IMG/VR virus record: IMGVR_UViG_3300008448_000001
Span: 1-64,000 of that record
Reading direction: 5' to 3' (one strand)
Length of the DNA stretch: 64,000 nt
A program made the translations under genes and the position numbers. Below, in pieces: positions 27,860-38,048 of this stretch (position 1 is the first letter of the stretch; the number at the start of each line of letters is the position of its first letter). The notes beneath the pieces are model-generated. The model was not told the DNA's origin. It saw only the letters and a list, made by a program, of their open reading frames with translations, and searched no databases.

Positions 27860-28573
27860 GTGAGCGACATACAACTGCACGAAGATAAGCATTATGTTTT
27901 CAAGCCCTTTCGGGTTCCCAAGTATCGCGTTCAGTTCCAGAACGCAAGGAGCTTGGTGAACATACCGGGTTACGTGTGGTACACGCCCGCAGCTTTGTAT
28001 TTGTGGGGTCGATTCACGGAAAAAAATTTGTCCGATCTGGTCGACAAGTACAACCTGTCTGTTTTCTGGTACCAATTCGACAAGCCTATCTTTTCCGGTT
28101 TCTCTTTAGCGGAAGACAAGTCTTGGAATCACTTGCTGTGGGCAGTACGCGTGGATGAGTACTCGAAGCTTGTCGACGGCATACTTGAGACAGTTCAGTT
28201 TGACTTGGACAACTCGATTTTGTACCAGTACGCACTGCAGCGTTTGCAAATCTACGATCCTTTAGCGGTTGACCTGGATCGCGTTGTCACACCGAAAACT
28301 CCCGTTTTGGAGATAAGTGCTTTCGCAGTTTTGTCCAACAAAATGCAGTGTGCTTTCGACAGCAAAAAACCGTTGAAAGCTTTGCCCGGCATGGTATCGT
28401 ATCCCCCGGACAATCTGCACATTAAAGCTGCGCAAAGGTTGTTCCGGCTGTCGCACAAAGATGCGGACGCCGCGTTTTCGGCGTACAAGCGAGTCATGTC
28501 CGAGATACAGGACGAGGCTTATTTTTTGGATGTCAAGAACAAGAAAACGAACTTAAGAATTAAAGGCAAGTAA
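27860..28573 (+). CDS. hypothetical protein
   Basis: 237 aa ORF. Confidence 0.7.
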   Translation: MSDIQLHEDKHYVFKPFRVPKYRVQFQNARSLVNIPGYVWYTPAALYLWGRFTEKNLSDLVDKYNLSVFWYQFDKPIFSGFSLAEDKSWNHLLWAVRVDEYSKLVDGILETVQFDLDNSILYQYALQRLQIYDPLAVDLDRVVTPKTPVLEISAFAVLSNKMQCAFDSKKPLKALPGMVSYPPDNLHIKAAQRLFRLSHKDADAAFSAYKRVMSEIQDEAYFLDVKNKKTNLRIKGK

Positions 28574-28825
28574 ATGACAACAGGCAACCAGGCGGACAAG
28601 ACCTTTCCGGTAGACAGCCTACAGGCTTTCTTGCTTCCTAATCAGGTGCTGCAATTGAAGCTGTTCGCTGCCGACTCGATAGAAGACCTGGAAGAGCAGA
28701 TAAACGACTGGGTTCGTAGCACGCATGCGATTGTGGCGGTACCCGGCGCCATAACAATTTCCGGGGGTTTGTTACGGGTCGGATTGTCGTATGTCCCGGC
28801 GAGCGAGGGTGTATCACATGCCTAA
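28574..28825 (+). CDS. hypothetical protein
   Basis: abuts upstream stop. Confidence 0.6.
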   Translation: MTTGNQADKTFPVDSLQAFLLPNQVLQLKLFAADSIEDLEEQINDWVRSTHAIVAVPGAITISGGLLRVGLSYVPASEGVSHA

Positions 28826-29423
28826 CGACAAGAAGCCGATTTTGGTTGCAATCGACGCTATGATGCAGGCCATTGCGGCTAAAAAAGCAGTATGCGACGA
28901 ATACGACTTGGAGTATTCAGAGCTTTTAAAGACTTTGCCTTCGGATGTCGCGGAGTCTTTTTCTGCGATGGGGTCAAAGGAGGCCGAGGAAGTCGGATTG
29001 CCCTCGCTTAAATACTGTCTTTGCGAAAGTCCCGAAGGTGATTACCCGGCGGTCTATGCTTACAACAACCTACCGGACCTTGTTAAGGCGATTCATTCAC
29101 GAATAGGTAAAGAGACCGCTGTCTCTGTTTTCTACGGGTTACCGCTTGTGTTGACTAAGTTGCCGAAGGCAGACGGATCAGCGGATTACTATTTACGGCT
29201 TCCAAACCAGACAGCCGTGAAATTGACTAAAGCCGGTGAATTGGACGTGTCAGCTGTGGCGGATTTAGATGAAGGCACTAAGATGGAGATCTTGGAGCAC
29301 GGTTGGATGGGTTCGGATGCCTACATGCAGTCGCAGTACTTCCGGGACGGCACAACGGATCCGTTCCAGGAAGTCGAGCAAAAGAAGTTTGAAGGCGACG
29401 ACGAAGACAATTTGACAGCGTAA
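28818..29423 (+). CDS. hypothetical protein
   Basis: ORF in operon context. Confidence 0.7.
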   Translation: MPNDKKPILVAIDAMMQAIAAKKAVCDEYDLEYSELLKTLPSDVAESFSAMGSKEAEEVGLPSLKYCLCESPEGDYPAVYAYNNLPDLVKAIHSRIGKETAVSVFYGLPLVLTKLPKADGSADYYLRLPNQTAVKLTKAGELDVSAVADLDEGTKMEILEHGWMGSDAYMQSQYFRDGTTDPFQEVEQKKFEGDDEDNLTA

Positions 29424-29433
29424 AGGAACGACA

Positions 29434-30159
29434 ATGAACAGTTACAAGCCTAGCAGCGTGTTACCGGGAGCGACGGAGATACCTTCGAGTATTGGCGACC
29501 TGATGGACGGAAGGTCGTCAGGCTTTGACCACAACAAACCAGGTATCGTCGTGATAGATCCGGACGACGCCAACTCCATTGTGCTTGATATGCGACAGGT
29601 TTCCAGGGAGGCACTTGAAAAGGCATCTAGCAGTTCTTTGGGCGGTTCGGATTACTTTCAACGACTGGCCGAGGACACGAAGCGAAACGAGGTCGCAAAT
29701 GCGACGCACAGGTCGGATTTCCCTGCAGAAGCTGCGGTCATACCTTTACCCGCCGTGGCAGTTTCGGCTTCCAGTGCGGAAGAGGCGGCAGCTTTCCGGC
29801 CAAGCCACCCTCAGCCTGGGATTGACGCGTCAGCTATAAAAGCGGCTTTTAGTACGCTAGGCATCCCGTTTTTGGCGTCTGCTGTTCCGGCCAAGCCCGC
29901 GTTTACGGTATATTTTGAGTTTGCACAACTGGGAACGATGTCCGCAAGGTATCATCAAGTGGTTGACGCGAAGGAGTGCCTGGTTCTGGTTTATGATTCC
30001 CGTTTCGAGTATGGTCAGCAGTACTTGCCGCCAAACTTAGGACCGGAGCAGACGATCAGCGTCGGAGTGGCTGAAACCGGCTCATCCTATAACGTGGCAT
30101 CGCTGGGACTCAGTTGGACGCTTGGTTGTTTGGACTTCGTACTTTTGATTAAGGCGTAA
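29434..30159 (+). CDS. hypothetical protein
   Basis: AAGGA upstream; 241 aa. Confidence 0.7.
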   Translation: MNSYKPSSVLPGATEIPSSIGDLMDGRSSGFDHNKPGIVVIDPDDANSIVLDMRQVSREALEKASSSSLGGSDYFQRLAEDTKRNEVANATHRSDFPAEAAVIPLPAVAVSASSAEEAAAFRPSHPQPGIDASAIKAAFSTLGIPFLASAVPAKPAFTVYFEFAQLGTMSARYHQVVDAKECLVLVYDSRFEYGQQYLPPNLGPEQTISVGVAETGSSYNVASLGLSWTLGCLDFVLLIKA

Positions 30160-30164
30160 ACAAG

Positions 30165-30350
30165 ATGGAAAAAAACGGTGCTATCGGCGAAAACACGCCG
30201 TGCGAAAAACCAGGGTGTTGTCGGAGGCAAACTGAAAAGCTGGCACAGCAGACTTTTCAGTTTCCAACGGACAAGCAAGCCGCGGACGAGCAAGAGAGTT
30301 GCCTTATGAAAGATGCCGCTGACGCGGTTAAACAGGCAACATTGAAGTAG
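30165..30350 (+). CDS. small hypothetical protein
   Basis: fills the gap before the portal-like gene. Confidence 0.5.
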   Translation: MEKNGAIGENTPCEKPGCCRRQTEKLAQQTFQFPTDKQAADEQESCLMKDAADAVKQATLK

Positions 30351-30372
30351 TTAGTTTTTAGCGAGATCTGCA

Positions 30373-32307
30373 ATGACATACCAAGGCGCAAGCATTCCGT
30401 TCTTCAGTCGCGGGGCTGGTGCATCGCAAGGTGAACACGGTTTTGCAGATCCGTTTAATGACATTGCAACTACGCAGATGCCGACCACGATCAAGTCGGC
30501 TCTGTGGTGGTCCGAGTATGTTTGGCAGATAATGGGTACGTACCGCACCGCTATGGAGCGACTCGTATCGTATTTCTTGAGCGACATCGAGATTGGTGGC
30601 GAGGATATTGGCGACGACGAAAAAAGAAAATACAAGGACTACTTGGGACAGCAACTGAATTTGATGCAGTTCTTGTCGACGGCCATGCGAGACAGGCTTT
30701 GCTACGGTAATTTTTTCGGTAGTGTTATCGTTCCTTTTCGCAGGCACTTGAAATGTCCTTGTAGCAGTTGTAAGGCGGGTAACATGTATCCGCTGCGAGT
30801 CGTTTACGAAAACTTTGATTTTCAGTTTGATGCGTCTTTTAACTTCGTGGCGACTTGCCCTAAAACGGGTTGGCGTGGGCCCTGGGTGGTGGTGGACAAG
30901 CCCAAGGAAGAGTCGGAGCACCTCATCCTCAAGACGTGGAACCCGCACGAAATCGAGATTCTGCACGACCCGTATACCAACGAGACAGCGTACCTGTGGC
31001 GAATTCCGGAATACTACAAGCGTATGGTCAAGGAAGGTAATCTTTATCACCTGGAACGCTCGCCCAAGGCCGTACTTGAAGCTATCCGCACGGACAAGCT
31101 TTTCCGCTTTCACCCTGACGCCATTTACCACATGAAAGAGCCTACTTTGGCCGGTATTCGAGCGATGGGATGGGGTTTACCTCGCAGCCTCATAAATTAC
31201 AGACAAATATGGAATCTGCAGGTTCTTCGACGGTACAACGAAGCAATTGCACTGGATTACATCATACCCTTCCGATTGATAACGCCCGAGGTTCGTTCTG
31301 GAGGCGGCGGTGCCGGTGGTTTTGCAATGAACGACCCGATGTCGTCTTATAACATGGGCGACTTCCGGTCGCAGATTCGCAACATGATCAATCGACGTCG
31401 ACGAGACCCGTCAGGGTGGAACATGCTGCCTTTTCCCGTTAAGTATCAGATACTCGGCGGCGAAGCAAGCCAGCTGGCTCCTACGGAAATGATTACGCAA
31501 GCGTACGACTCGCTTCTCAACGAGTCCGGCGTTCCGGTTGACTTCTACCAAGGTACGCTGAGTGTGCAAGCTGCACCTGTTGGTTTGCGTTTGTTCGAGA
31601 GCCAGCACCGTGCATTGGTGACCGACGCCAACAACCTTGTTCAGTGGATCATGAATACGGTCGCACGCATAATGAGTTGGCAGAAGGCCGAATGCAAGCT
31701 TAAACCGGTTACTATTTCGGACGACATGCAGAAGCAAATGGCTGCGTTGCAGCTGATGATGGCACAACAGTTGTCGGGCCAGTCTGGCCTAGCCGCAGTT
31801 GGTTTCGACTGGGAAACAGAACAACGACGTTTGGCGGACGAGGCAAGGCGGCAGCAAGAGATGCAGGCTCGCATGCAAGAAGAGATGGAGCAGGCTGGAT
31901 TTGCCGCAGAGATCTCCAAGGGCATAAACCCGGCAACACAAGGCGGGCAGCCAGGTGCAGCGGCTCCGGGCGGAGCAGCCGGCGGTGGGCAACAGGGTGC
32001 AAACCCTGCTGGTCCTGACGCACAGTCGGCTATGGGTGCGGGACAGACTCCGGTCACGGCTTACGTGCAAAGCATGAGTCCGAATGCGGCGATTACGCCT
32101 AACGACCTGGAGGCGGCAGCATCGCAGCTGGCACAAGAGCTTCTAGGACTGCCAGAGGGTGTCAAGGACTCGGAGCTTAGAAAGCTGAAACAGTTCAACC
32201 CGATATTGCACAGCCGGGTACGGGCTAAGATGGACGAGCATCGGCAACAAATTAGGAACCAGGGCGGGGCTATGTTGCAGCAACAAATGGCACAGGGGCA
32301 AATGTGA
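30373..32307 (+). CDS. putative portal protein
   Basis: 644 aa; helical N-terminus with DRLCYGNFF (portal D...YGN-type motif), IYH, GVP, Q/G/A-rich tail; function inferred. Confidence 0.55.
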   Translation: MTYQGASIPFFSRGAGASQGEHGFADPFNDIATTQMPTTIKSALWWSEYVWQIMGTYRTAMERLVSYFLSDIEIGGEDIGDDEKRKYKDYLGQQLNLMQFLSTAMRDRLCYGNFFGSVIVPFRRHLKCPCSSCKAGNMYPLRVVYENFDFQFDASFNFVATCPKTGWRGPWVVVDKPKEESEHLILKTWNPHEIEILHDPYTNETAYLWRIPEYYKRMVKEGNLYHLERSPKAVLEAIRTDKLFRFHPDAIYHMKEPTLAGIRAMGWGLPRSLINYRQIWNLQVLRRYNEAIALDYIIPFRLITPEVRSGGGGAGGFAMNDPMSSYNMGDFRSQIRNMINRRRRDPSGWNMLPFPVKYQILGGEASQLAPTEMITQAYDSLLNESGVPVDFYQGTLSVQAAPVGLRLFESQHRALVTDANNLVQWIMNTVARIMSWQKAECKLKPVTISDDMQKQMAALQLMMAQQLSGQSGLAAVGFDWETEQRRLADEARRQQEMQARMQEEMEQAGFAAEISKGINPATQGGQPGAAAPGGAAGGGQQGANPAGPDAQSAMGAGQTPVTAYVQSMSPNAAITPNDLEAAASQLAQELLGLPEGVKDSELRKLKQFNPILHSRVRAKMDEHRQQIRNQGGAMLQQQMAQGQM

Positions 32308-33098
32308 TGCGGATAGGCTTTGTCTGCCCAACATACAAGGCAAAAGAGCTGCACCGTTACACGGAAAAGTCGCTAGTCTCGTTTTTTCGTACAACTCCGG
32401 GCGGGCTAGCGGTTGTCGTCGACGATGGGTCAATCGGCTTCGACAATGCTTACGCTCGTCGTTTAAAGGCGTTGGCACCGACGGAAAACCAAATAGTCAT
32501 CGAACGCTTTGATTCGCAGTTGGGCCTGACTCGCAGTTGGAATAAAGGGCTTTCAATTTGCATGGAGCAGAGGGCAGACTATGCAATTGCTGGAAACAAT
32601 GATGTTGTTTTTACACCTAAGTGGTACGAAGGCATGGTGCAGTTAGCCGCCATCTCCTTTTCACTGGTGGGACCGCTTTCAAACGCTCCCGGGATAACGG
32701 CAAAAGGCCAGCAAGAGATTTCTAGGTACATTAAACCCTACAAGTTGACGGACGACCAAGAAACCTTAGACGGATACGCGAAAAGATTGCTGGAGCGCTA
32801 CACGGGTAACTTTGTGGTAAGTAAAATCAACGGTTTTTTTCAGTTTGCTTCAATGGCTGCCTGGAATGCAGGTAAGTACGACGCAAATCATTTTTACCGT
32901 CCAGCTAATTTCTTCAACGCGGCGGGTAAGAAAAATCCAACTCCGTTTACAACGCTCAACGAAGACGAGCTGCAAGCCCGATGGGCGAAACTGGGGATGA
33001 AATCGGCCATCAGTTTGAGCAGTTTTATCTTCCACTACAGGGCCGTGACTCGCGGCGACAAGTACAAGAAAGGTCAGTGGTTCAGACAAAATGACTAA
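32304..33098 (+). CDS. glycosyltransferase family 2
   Basis: VCPTY, VVVDDGS, GLTRSWNKG, NNDV. Confidence 0.85.
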   Translation: MMRIGFVCPTYKAKELHRYTEKSLVSFFRTTPGGLAVVVDDGSIGFDNAYARRLKALAPTENQIVIERFDSQLGLTRSWNKGLSICMEQRADYAIAGNNDVVFTPKWYEGMVQLAAISFSLVGPLSNAPGITAKGQQEISRYIKPYKLTDDQETLDGYAKRLLERYTGNFVVSKINGFFQFASMAAWNAGKYDANHFYRPANFFNAAGKKNPTPFTTLNEDELQARWAKLGMKSAISLSSFIFHYRAVTRGDKYKKGQWFRQND

Positions 33099-33798
33099 CG
33101 TAGTTGTTTACAGTTGCGTGACCGGTGGTTACGACAAACTTGAAAACACGTTTTTGGCTTCAAGTAATGTTCCTGAAAACGGCGTAAAATACGTTCTGTT
33201 TTCGGATAAGCAACGTGGTTCAGCGGGAAAGCTGACGACTGCAAAAGGCGTCGAATGGGAAGTCAGACCGCTTATCTGGCAACATCGCTTCTGCGGCAGG
33301 CGGACGGCTCGATGGCACAAGCTTAACCCGGAGACCTTCACGGAGCAGGGCGACATTTCGATCTGGATTGATGCATCGCAGCGAATAAAGGTCGAGAGGT
33401 TTGTTGAACGACTGCTGGCAGCCACAGTGCAAAAAACGCCGCAGGTTGACATCTTTTCTTTCAAGCACCCGCAGCGGAACTGCATCTACCAGGAGTTGCA
33501 AGCTTGCATTGACTACCGAAAAGACAACCCGGTTTTGATGCGAAAACAGATTGAGTTTTATCACACGGAAGGCTACCCGGCGTCCAACGGGCTCGTGGAG
33601 ACCGCTTGTGTTGTTCGCCGACACACACCGAGTTCAGTCAGATTTGATCGTCTGTGGTGGTACATGCTGGATCACCACAGTTTGAGAGACCAGCTTAGCT
33701 TTAACTACGTTGCCTGGAAGAATGCCACGGCTTTCGGTAGGATACCCGGGTGTAGGTTAAATTCGCCCTTCTTCGACTTTGTGCCGCACGGCTCTTGA
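33091..33798 (+). CDS. DUF616 (TOD1/MUCI70-like) glycosyltransferase
   Basis: VVYSCVTGGYD, WIDAS, KHPQRNCIYQE, RDQLSFNYVAWK. Confidence 0.88.
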   Translation: MTNVVVYSCVTGGYDKLENTFLASSNVPENGVKYVLFSDKQRGSAGKLTTAKGVEWEVRPLIWQHRFCGRRTARWHKLNPETFTEQGDISIWIDASQRIKVERFVERLLAATVQKTPQVDIFSFKHPQRNCIYQELQACIDYRKDNPVLMRKQIEFYHTEGYPASNGLVETACVVRRHTPSSVRFDRLWWYMLDHHSLRDQLSFNYVAWKNATAFGRIPGCRLNSPFFDFVPHGS

Positions 33799-33807
33799 AA
33801 GAAAAGC

Positions 33808-34875
33808 ATGACAAAAGTTGGCATCTACGTCGATTACAAGCACAACGATACAACGCTCGCTGCCGTCATGCTTGGGAACTGGTTTATTAGAAGCGGTAAT
33901 CCGGTTCGCTTCATCTCAAACGGGCCGGTGGCGAGAAACGTCGATGACTATTGGGACTCAAAAGTTCTGCGCGACTTTTCCGGGCAGGGTGGATGCTATT
34001 CTGGTCTGTCGCACGTCTTTTGGTTTTATCCGGACGAGCTGAGCTTGAAAGCGGCTAAGTTCGAGGCAAGCCAGAGCGACATGGTCGCGGATCCGCGTCA
34101 TTTTTACGTCCCAGGTTGGTGTGACGTGGCTCCACTTTCGGATGATTTTTTGCTTAACGCGGACAAGACAATTTCTCTAAGCCAAGACTCCGCGATTTGG
34201 TTAAGCTCAAAGTGTCGTGACTTCGAGGTAAACACGGCCTGGTCCAACTTGTGTGCAGCAGACAAATTGCTTGCGATGAAAAACGGGCGGGTGGAAAACG
34301 ACAAAATCAAAATTCTGGTACTGTTGGGCTCAGACTTCTCTACGACTATTGGCGAAGAGTTGTTTGAAGTCATTGCAAATTTGCTCCGGCTGTACCGAGG
34401 TTTACATGTTACTTTCGCGCTGGAGCGATCGCTGCCAAAGCCTCAACGGCGGCGGCTGGCCGGGTTAATTCAAGCGTTCGGATCTCGCGTGTGCCGTAGA
34501 GGTGTTGTGCCTTACAGTCGATATCACGAGATGGCATATTCGCACGACTGGGTTTATCTGGCTTGCTCTTCTTTTCGTCACGGTGCCTTAATTCCGCATT
34601 TAGAGGTAAGTGGAACTCCGCTCATTTGTCACGACGTTCCTCCAGCGAGATCGTACATAGCCGGAAAATTGTCAGGGTTACTCGTTCCTACAACGGTGAC
34701 GGACACTTTAAAACCGTCTGGAATTGTTTGTTTCGACTCGCTGATGGCGACGCTGGGGCATGCGGCGGAGCTCAACGAGCTAAGCCTAAAGGGCTTGCAG
34801 CGGAACGCATACGCTGGAAGGCGTAAGCGAATTCAGGATTTTGAGCGATTCCTTTTGAAAGAAGTGCTGGTTTAA
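33808..34875 (+). CDS. divergent GT-B (family 4-like) glycosyltransferase
   Basis: C-terminal GVVPY...MAYSHD...GALIPHLEVSGTPLICHDVP...GLLVP resembles the GT4 nucleotide-sugar-binding domain. Confidence 0.55.
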   Translation: MTKVGIYVDYKHNDTTLAAVMLGNWFIRSGNPVRFISNGPVARNVDDYWDSKVLRDFSGQGGCYSGLSHVFWFYPDELSLKAAKFEASQSDMVADPRHFYVPGWCDVAPLSDDFLLNADKTISLSQDSAIWLSSKCRDFEVNTAWSNLCAADKLLAMKNGRVENDKIKILVLLGSDFSTTIGEELFEVIANLLRLYRGLHVTFALERSLPKPQRRRLAGLIQAFGSRVCRRGVVPYSRYHEMAYSHDWVYLACSSFRHGALIPHLEVSGTPLICHDVPPARSYIAGKLSGLLVPTTVTDTLKPSGIVCFDSLMATLGHAAELNELSLKGLQRNAYAGRRKRIQDFERFLLKEVLV

Positions 34876-34972
34876 TTCTGCGGCATAAATGCTCAAGCAA
34901 ACGCACGGGTCGCTTGAAATCAGCGAAGACTGTGTTAGAACTATTTCTTCAACTTTTAAAACGGAGTCGAGG

Positions 34973-35536
34973 ATGGCGGACTACGCGTTCGAAAAAAACT
35001 ATTGGGGAAACTGCACGAATACTTTTGACGAAGAACAAAAGCATTTTGTGTACGCTCGCTGCATGGGAATACCGCTTGGGCATCATTCGTTTACCCCTGC
35101 GTGTGACAGGATACTGGACGTTGGCGGTGGCCCGGCCAGTATGCTGCTCAAAGTCGAAAAATTAAAAGAGGGTTTGGTCTGGGATCCTATCGCGTACCCT
35201 CAATGGACAGTGGACCGATACGCGGCGGCTAACATATCGGTTCGTACATTACCCGGTGAGTTGCTGAACGCAGCGGGCTGGGACGAAGTGTGGATGTACA
35301 ACTGTTTGCAACATACAAATAACCCGGAGAAGATTGTAAAAAATTGCCTCCGGGCGGGTAAAGTCTTTCGCATTTTTGAGTGGTTGGACATCCCCCCGCA
35401 CGACGGGCATCCGACGATGCTTACGGAAAGCCTGCTGAACGGTTGGCTTGCGACAAAGGGAACTGTGAAGTTCCTTGACGGCGTAAACGGTTGCTTGGGC
35501 AAGTCCTACTCTGCTGTTTTAACCGGTTTGACCTGA
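34973..35536 (+). CDS. class I SAM-dependent methyltransferase
   Basis: ILDVGGGP motif I, WDP, WDEVWMYNCLQH. Confidence 0.8.
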   Translation: MADYAFEKNYWGNCTNTFDEEQKHFVYARCMGIPLGHHSFTPACDRILDVGGGPASMLLKVEKLKEGLVWDPIAYPQWTVDRYAAANISVRTLPGELLNAAGWDEVWMYNCLQHTNNPEKIVKNCLRAGKVFRIFEWLDIPPHDGHPTMLTESLLNGWLATKGTVKFLDGVNGCLGKSYSAVLTGLT

Positions 35537-35546
35537 CTTCGAGTTT

Positions 35547-35891
35547 TTGTTCTTTACTACAGCGTTTGGAGGTACCCCCACCTTGGCGGAAAATTCTACG
35601 GGCTCATTTTTAACTTCTCCGGCTCCAGGGAAACAATCAAGCGATTTGTTGACAATGATTGCGCAGGAGTACGGCAAACCGCTCACAGGCGAAGTTGTTG
35701 CTTTTTTGGGTTTTGCACGCGGTTATTTGGAAAAGAATCGTCCAGCGGAAATCATTACGTTGCCTAACAACGTCGGTCTCAAGCTGACGAACTTCGTGGA
35801 AGTCCGAGTTTTCCCGGATCAGCCGGGAATGCAAGTCGGAGATGGGTCAATGGCAAGCAACGACCCTGGCATATCCATCAACAGGCAATGA
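35547..35891 (+). CDS. hypothetical protein
   Basis: ORF in operon; start uncertain. Confidence 0.5.
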   Translation: MFFTTAFGGTPTLAENSTGSFLTSPAPGKQSSDLLTMIAQEYGKPLTGEVVAFLGFARGYLEKNRPAEIITLPNNVGLKLTNFVEVRVFPDQPGMQVGDGSMASNDPGISINRQ

Positions 35892-36124
35892 TGTTGCAAC
35901 TTAATCCGCCTTTACCTCCGACGACACCAAGAGGTAAAGGCTTTGCTCATTTCTTAATTGACTACTCACAAGAACACGATCTTTTGTGGGTTGTGTTTTT
36001 GGATGATACCGGTGAAAGCTGGACGTTCAACAACCGAGAAATACGCTTGCAGTCGAACATTACTATGGGAAGGCCGAGCAATTCGACCAAGGAAGGTTAT
36101 GCCAAAGAACCCGATTCAGATTGA
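35888..36124 (+). CDS. conserved small phage protein (QLNPPLP...IDYSQEHDLLWVV type)
   Basis: recognisable phage motif; ATGA overlap. Confidence 0.7.
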   Translation: MMLQLNPPLPPTTPRGKGFAHFLIDYSQEHDLLWVVFLDDTGESWTFNNREIRLQSNITMGRPSNSTKEGYAKEPDSD

Positions 36125-36533
36125 AGAAAAAGTAGCCTTGATGCCCGCGACGAGGGTAAAACCTAAATACCCTTTCTGGCCGGTTACTTTCCGGTCGGTC
36201 ACGGCTCCGGAAGCGGTTAATGTTACCTTTGGAGACGCGGCAGACTCAGAAGAGTTTCAGATGAAGGCGTCCTTGGTTTTCTTAAGTGTGCAAGGTCTTT
36301 CTCTGCCCAACGCGTTCTGTCTTGAGTTCGACAAACCGGTGTCGATACTTAGAAAAGAAAGCGCCGCTTTTGACAACGCAATTACAAGCTTTTCAACGCT
36401 GGGAAACACGTCAAACTTGATCTTAGAGACCTCGAAGTTTTCCGTGGTATGCTACAGGCCGGTTTGCGTTTCTGCAGATCAAAGGTATGCGAATTTCTTT
36501 TTCAAGCAGGGGCCGGACGCGTGGACGGTTTGA
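36099..36533 (+). CDS. hypothetical protein
   Basis: ATG after GGAAGG. Confidence 0.55.
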   Translation: MPKNPIQIEEKVALMPATRVKPKYPFWPVTFRSVTAPEAVNVTFGDAADSEEFQMKASLVFLSVQGLSLPNAFCLEFDKPVSILRKESAAFDNAITSFSTLGNTSNLILETSKFSVVCYRPVCVSADQRYANFFFKQGPDAWTV

Positions 36534-36580
36534 CCGGGATTGATTCTTGATCGATTACAACTCGGAGATGACTTAATCGG

Positions 36581-36610
36581 GCGGCCTGCGTTCGCAGGCT
36601 GTCTTTTTTT
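36581..36610 (+). terminator. rho-independent terminator ending the core module
   Basis: GCGGCCTGCG-TT-CGCAGGCTGT hairpin followed by a T7 run. Confidence 0.8.
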
Positions 36611-36680
36611 GTTTGTAGCGACTGGCGATACGGGCACCTTTCGTCGGTCCTTGTTTTTCGGTGCCGGATAGGGAGCGGCA

Positions 36681-36959
36681 ATGGATGATTTTTCGCTTGA
36701 CCTAACGGGGTTAAATACCCCGAACTTGCTCGAGCTGAGCACAACGCACCTTAGTCTGCCGGTTGCAGAGTGGTGCAAAGGAAAGTGCTGCATGGAGAAT
36801 GAACACGGTTTCTTCTTTAACGTGCTGGACGCGGAAGGCACTGATTGTCATCCGCACGTCGCAACGATTTTGAAAGCAGCGCATAAGGCAGGCTTTCACT
36901 ATGTCTGGTTTGACTCTGACGCAGCGGTTTGTGCGTCTTTACCTGCTTATGATTGGTAG
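36681..36959 (+). CDS. DUF5983-like protein
   Basis: LELSTTHL ... GFF ... WFDSDA ... LPAYDW. Confidence 0.65.
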   Translation: MDDFSLDLTGLNTPNLLELSTTHLSLPVAEWCKGKCCMENEHGFFFNVLDAEGTDCHPHVATILKAAHKAGFHYVWFDSDAAVCASLPAYDW

Positions 36960-36971
36960 AAAGGTTTTACA

Positions 36972-37748
36972 ATGGCTAGTCTTATTTTAAATCACAGTAT
37001 TGACGTTTGGCTTAGTGACCCGGTTATCCGTCACTTTGTGACGGTGACAAGGGGAAATATCCGGTTTTCACCGCCGTTGGCGGATCAAGAAGCTGTAGAG
37101 GCGAACGAGTCGGCGATTGTGGTTTTGCTTCAAACGGAAGTTACAAGAGTTTTACGCGAAACCTTTGGACATTATTGGAGGCTCGGCGACGACGGAAGCG
37201 AGAGAGTTGTCTGGTCGAGTGCACCGGAAGAACAGGCGTATGTGTCCGGTTTGCTTTATACCGCATTTCCGGACGTTGATCGTTTTTGTACCGAGCTAGA
37301 TCTGTCGCAGATGGTTGGAAAACAACCGTTTAAACGCATTTCACTGCAGCCGATGTTCGATAAAGCTTGGAAAAGGTTTGTCGTTGAGAAGCGCAGACCT
37401 GGCTTTTCAGGTGGCATCTGCAGTTACCGGTCGATGCGAGAAAAAGGGGGGCACACTGAAGAATGCCGTTGTGCTGTGGGTTGGTCGTTGCCCAACATAC
37501 CTGCGATTCTTGAAAGACAAGTAGGCTTGCCGTCGCTGGTCGAAGCATACCCTTTTTTGTTTGAAAAAGACCTGGTGTACCTTGAACACAAGTCTAAGGT
37601 TTTGCACGACATACAGTATCGTTTGCACGACAAATGCGTTAGCAAGGCTGACGGAGAATGGTATTCGGACGTTGACCTGTCAAAGGTTTATCGTGAGTTT
37701 GCCGAGGAATTCGGATTGAAAGTGCCAGAGGCAGACGCATGTTCGTAA
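36972..37748 (+). CDS. hypothetical protein (C-terminal half paralogous to 38049-38456)
   Basis: LQxxFxKAW..F...C.Y...RCA.G.SLP...Q..LHD shared. Confidence 0.75.
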   Translation: MASLILNHSIDVWLSDPVIRHFVTVTRGNIRFSPPLADQEAVEANESAIVVLLQTEVTRVLRETFGHYWRLGDDGSERVVWSSAPEEQAYVSGLLYTAFPDVDRFCTELDLSQMVGKQPFKRISLQPMFDKAWKRFVVEKRRPGFSGGICSYRSMREKGGHTEECRCAVGWSLPNIPAILERQVGLPSLVEAYPFLFEKDLVYLEHKSKVLHDIQYRLHDKCVSKADGEWYSDVDLSKVYREFAEEFGLKVPEADACS

Positions 37749-37999
37749 CTATAGTTCTTTCGGATCTGGAAGGTATATCGCCCAGTCTACAGGGCGAGGG
37801 CTTTTCTTTCTCTGAGGCTAAGGAGTCTTTGCGAAAGCACGCAGCAGAGAGCAGAGCGTTTTTGCCTTGTGGTTGGGAGCAGGATGTTAATTCGACGTAC
37901 AGTAAGCTCTCCCCGACCTGTTTGCGAGTTGAGGACCAGTACGTCGGTTCAGAGATGACCATGGAGCCTTTTGTCGTGACTGTCGAAGTCGCGCTTTAG
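37739..37999 (+). CDS. hypothetical protein
   Basis: overlaps upstream stop. Confidence 0.55.
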   Translation: MFVTIVLSDLEGISPSLQGEGFSFSEAKESLRKHAAESRAFLPCGWEQDVNSTYSKLSPTCLRVEDQYVGSEMTMEPFVVTVEVAL

Positions 38000-38048
38000 C
38001 GGCTCAGCAGCAAAACAGGTTTGTAAGTTTTAAACGAAAAGGAGCATT

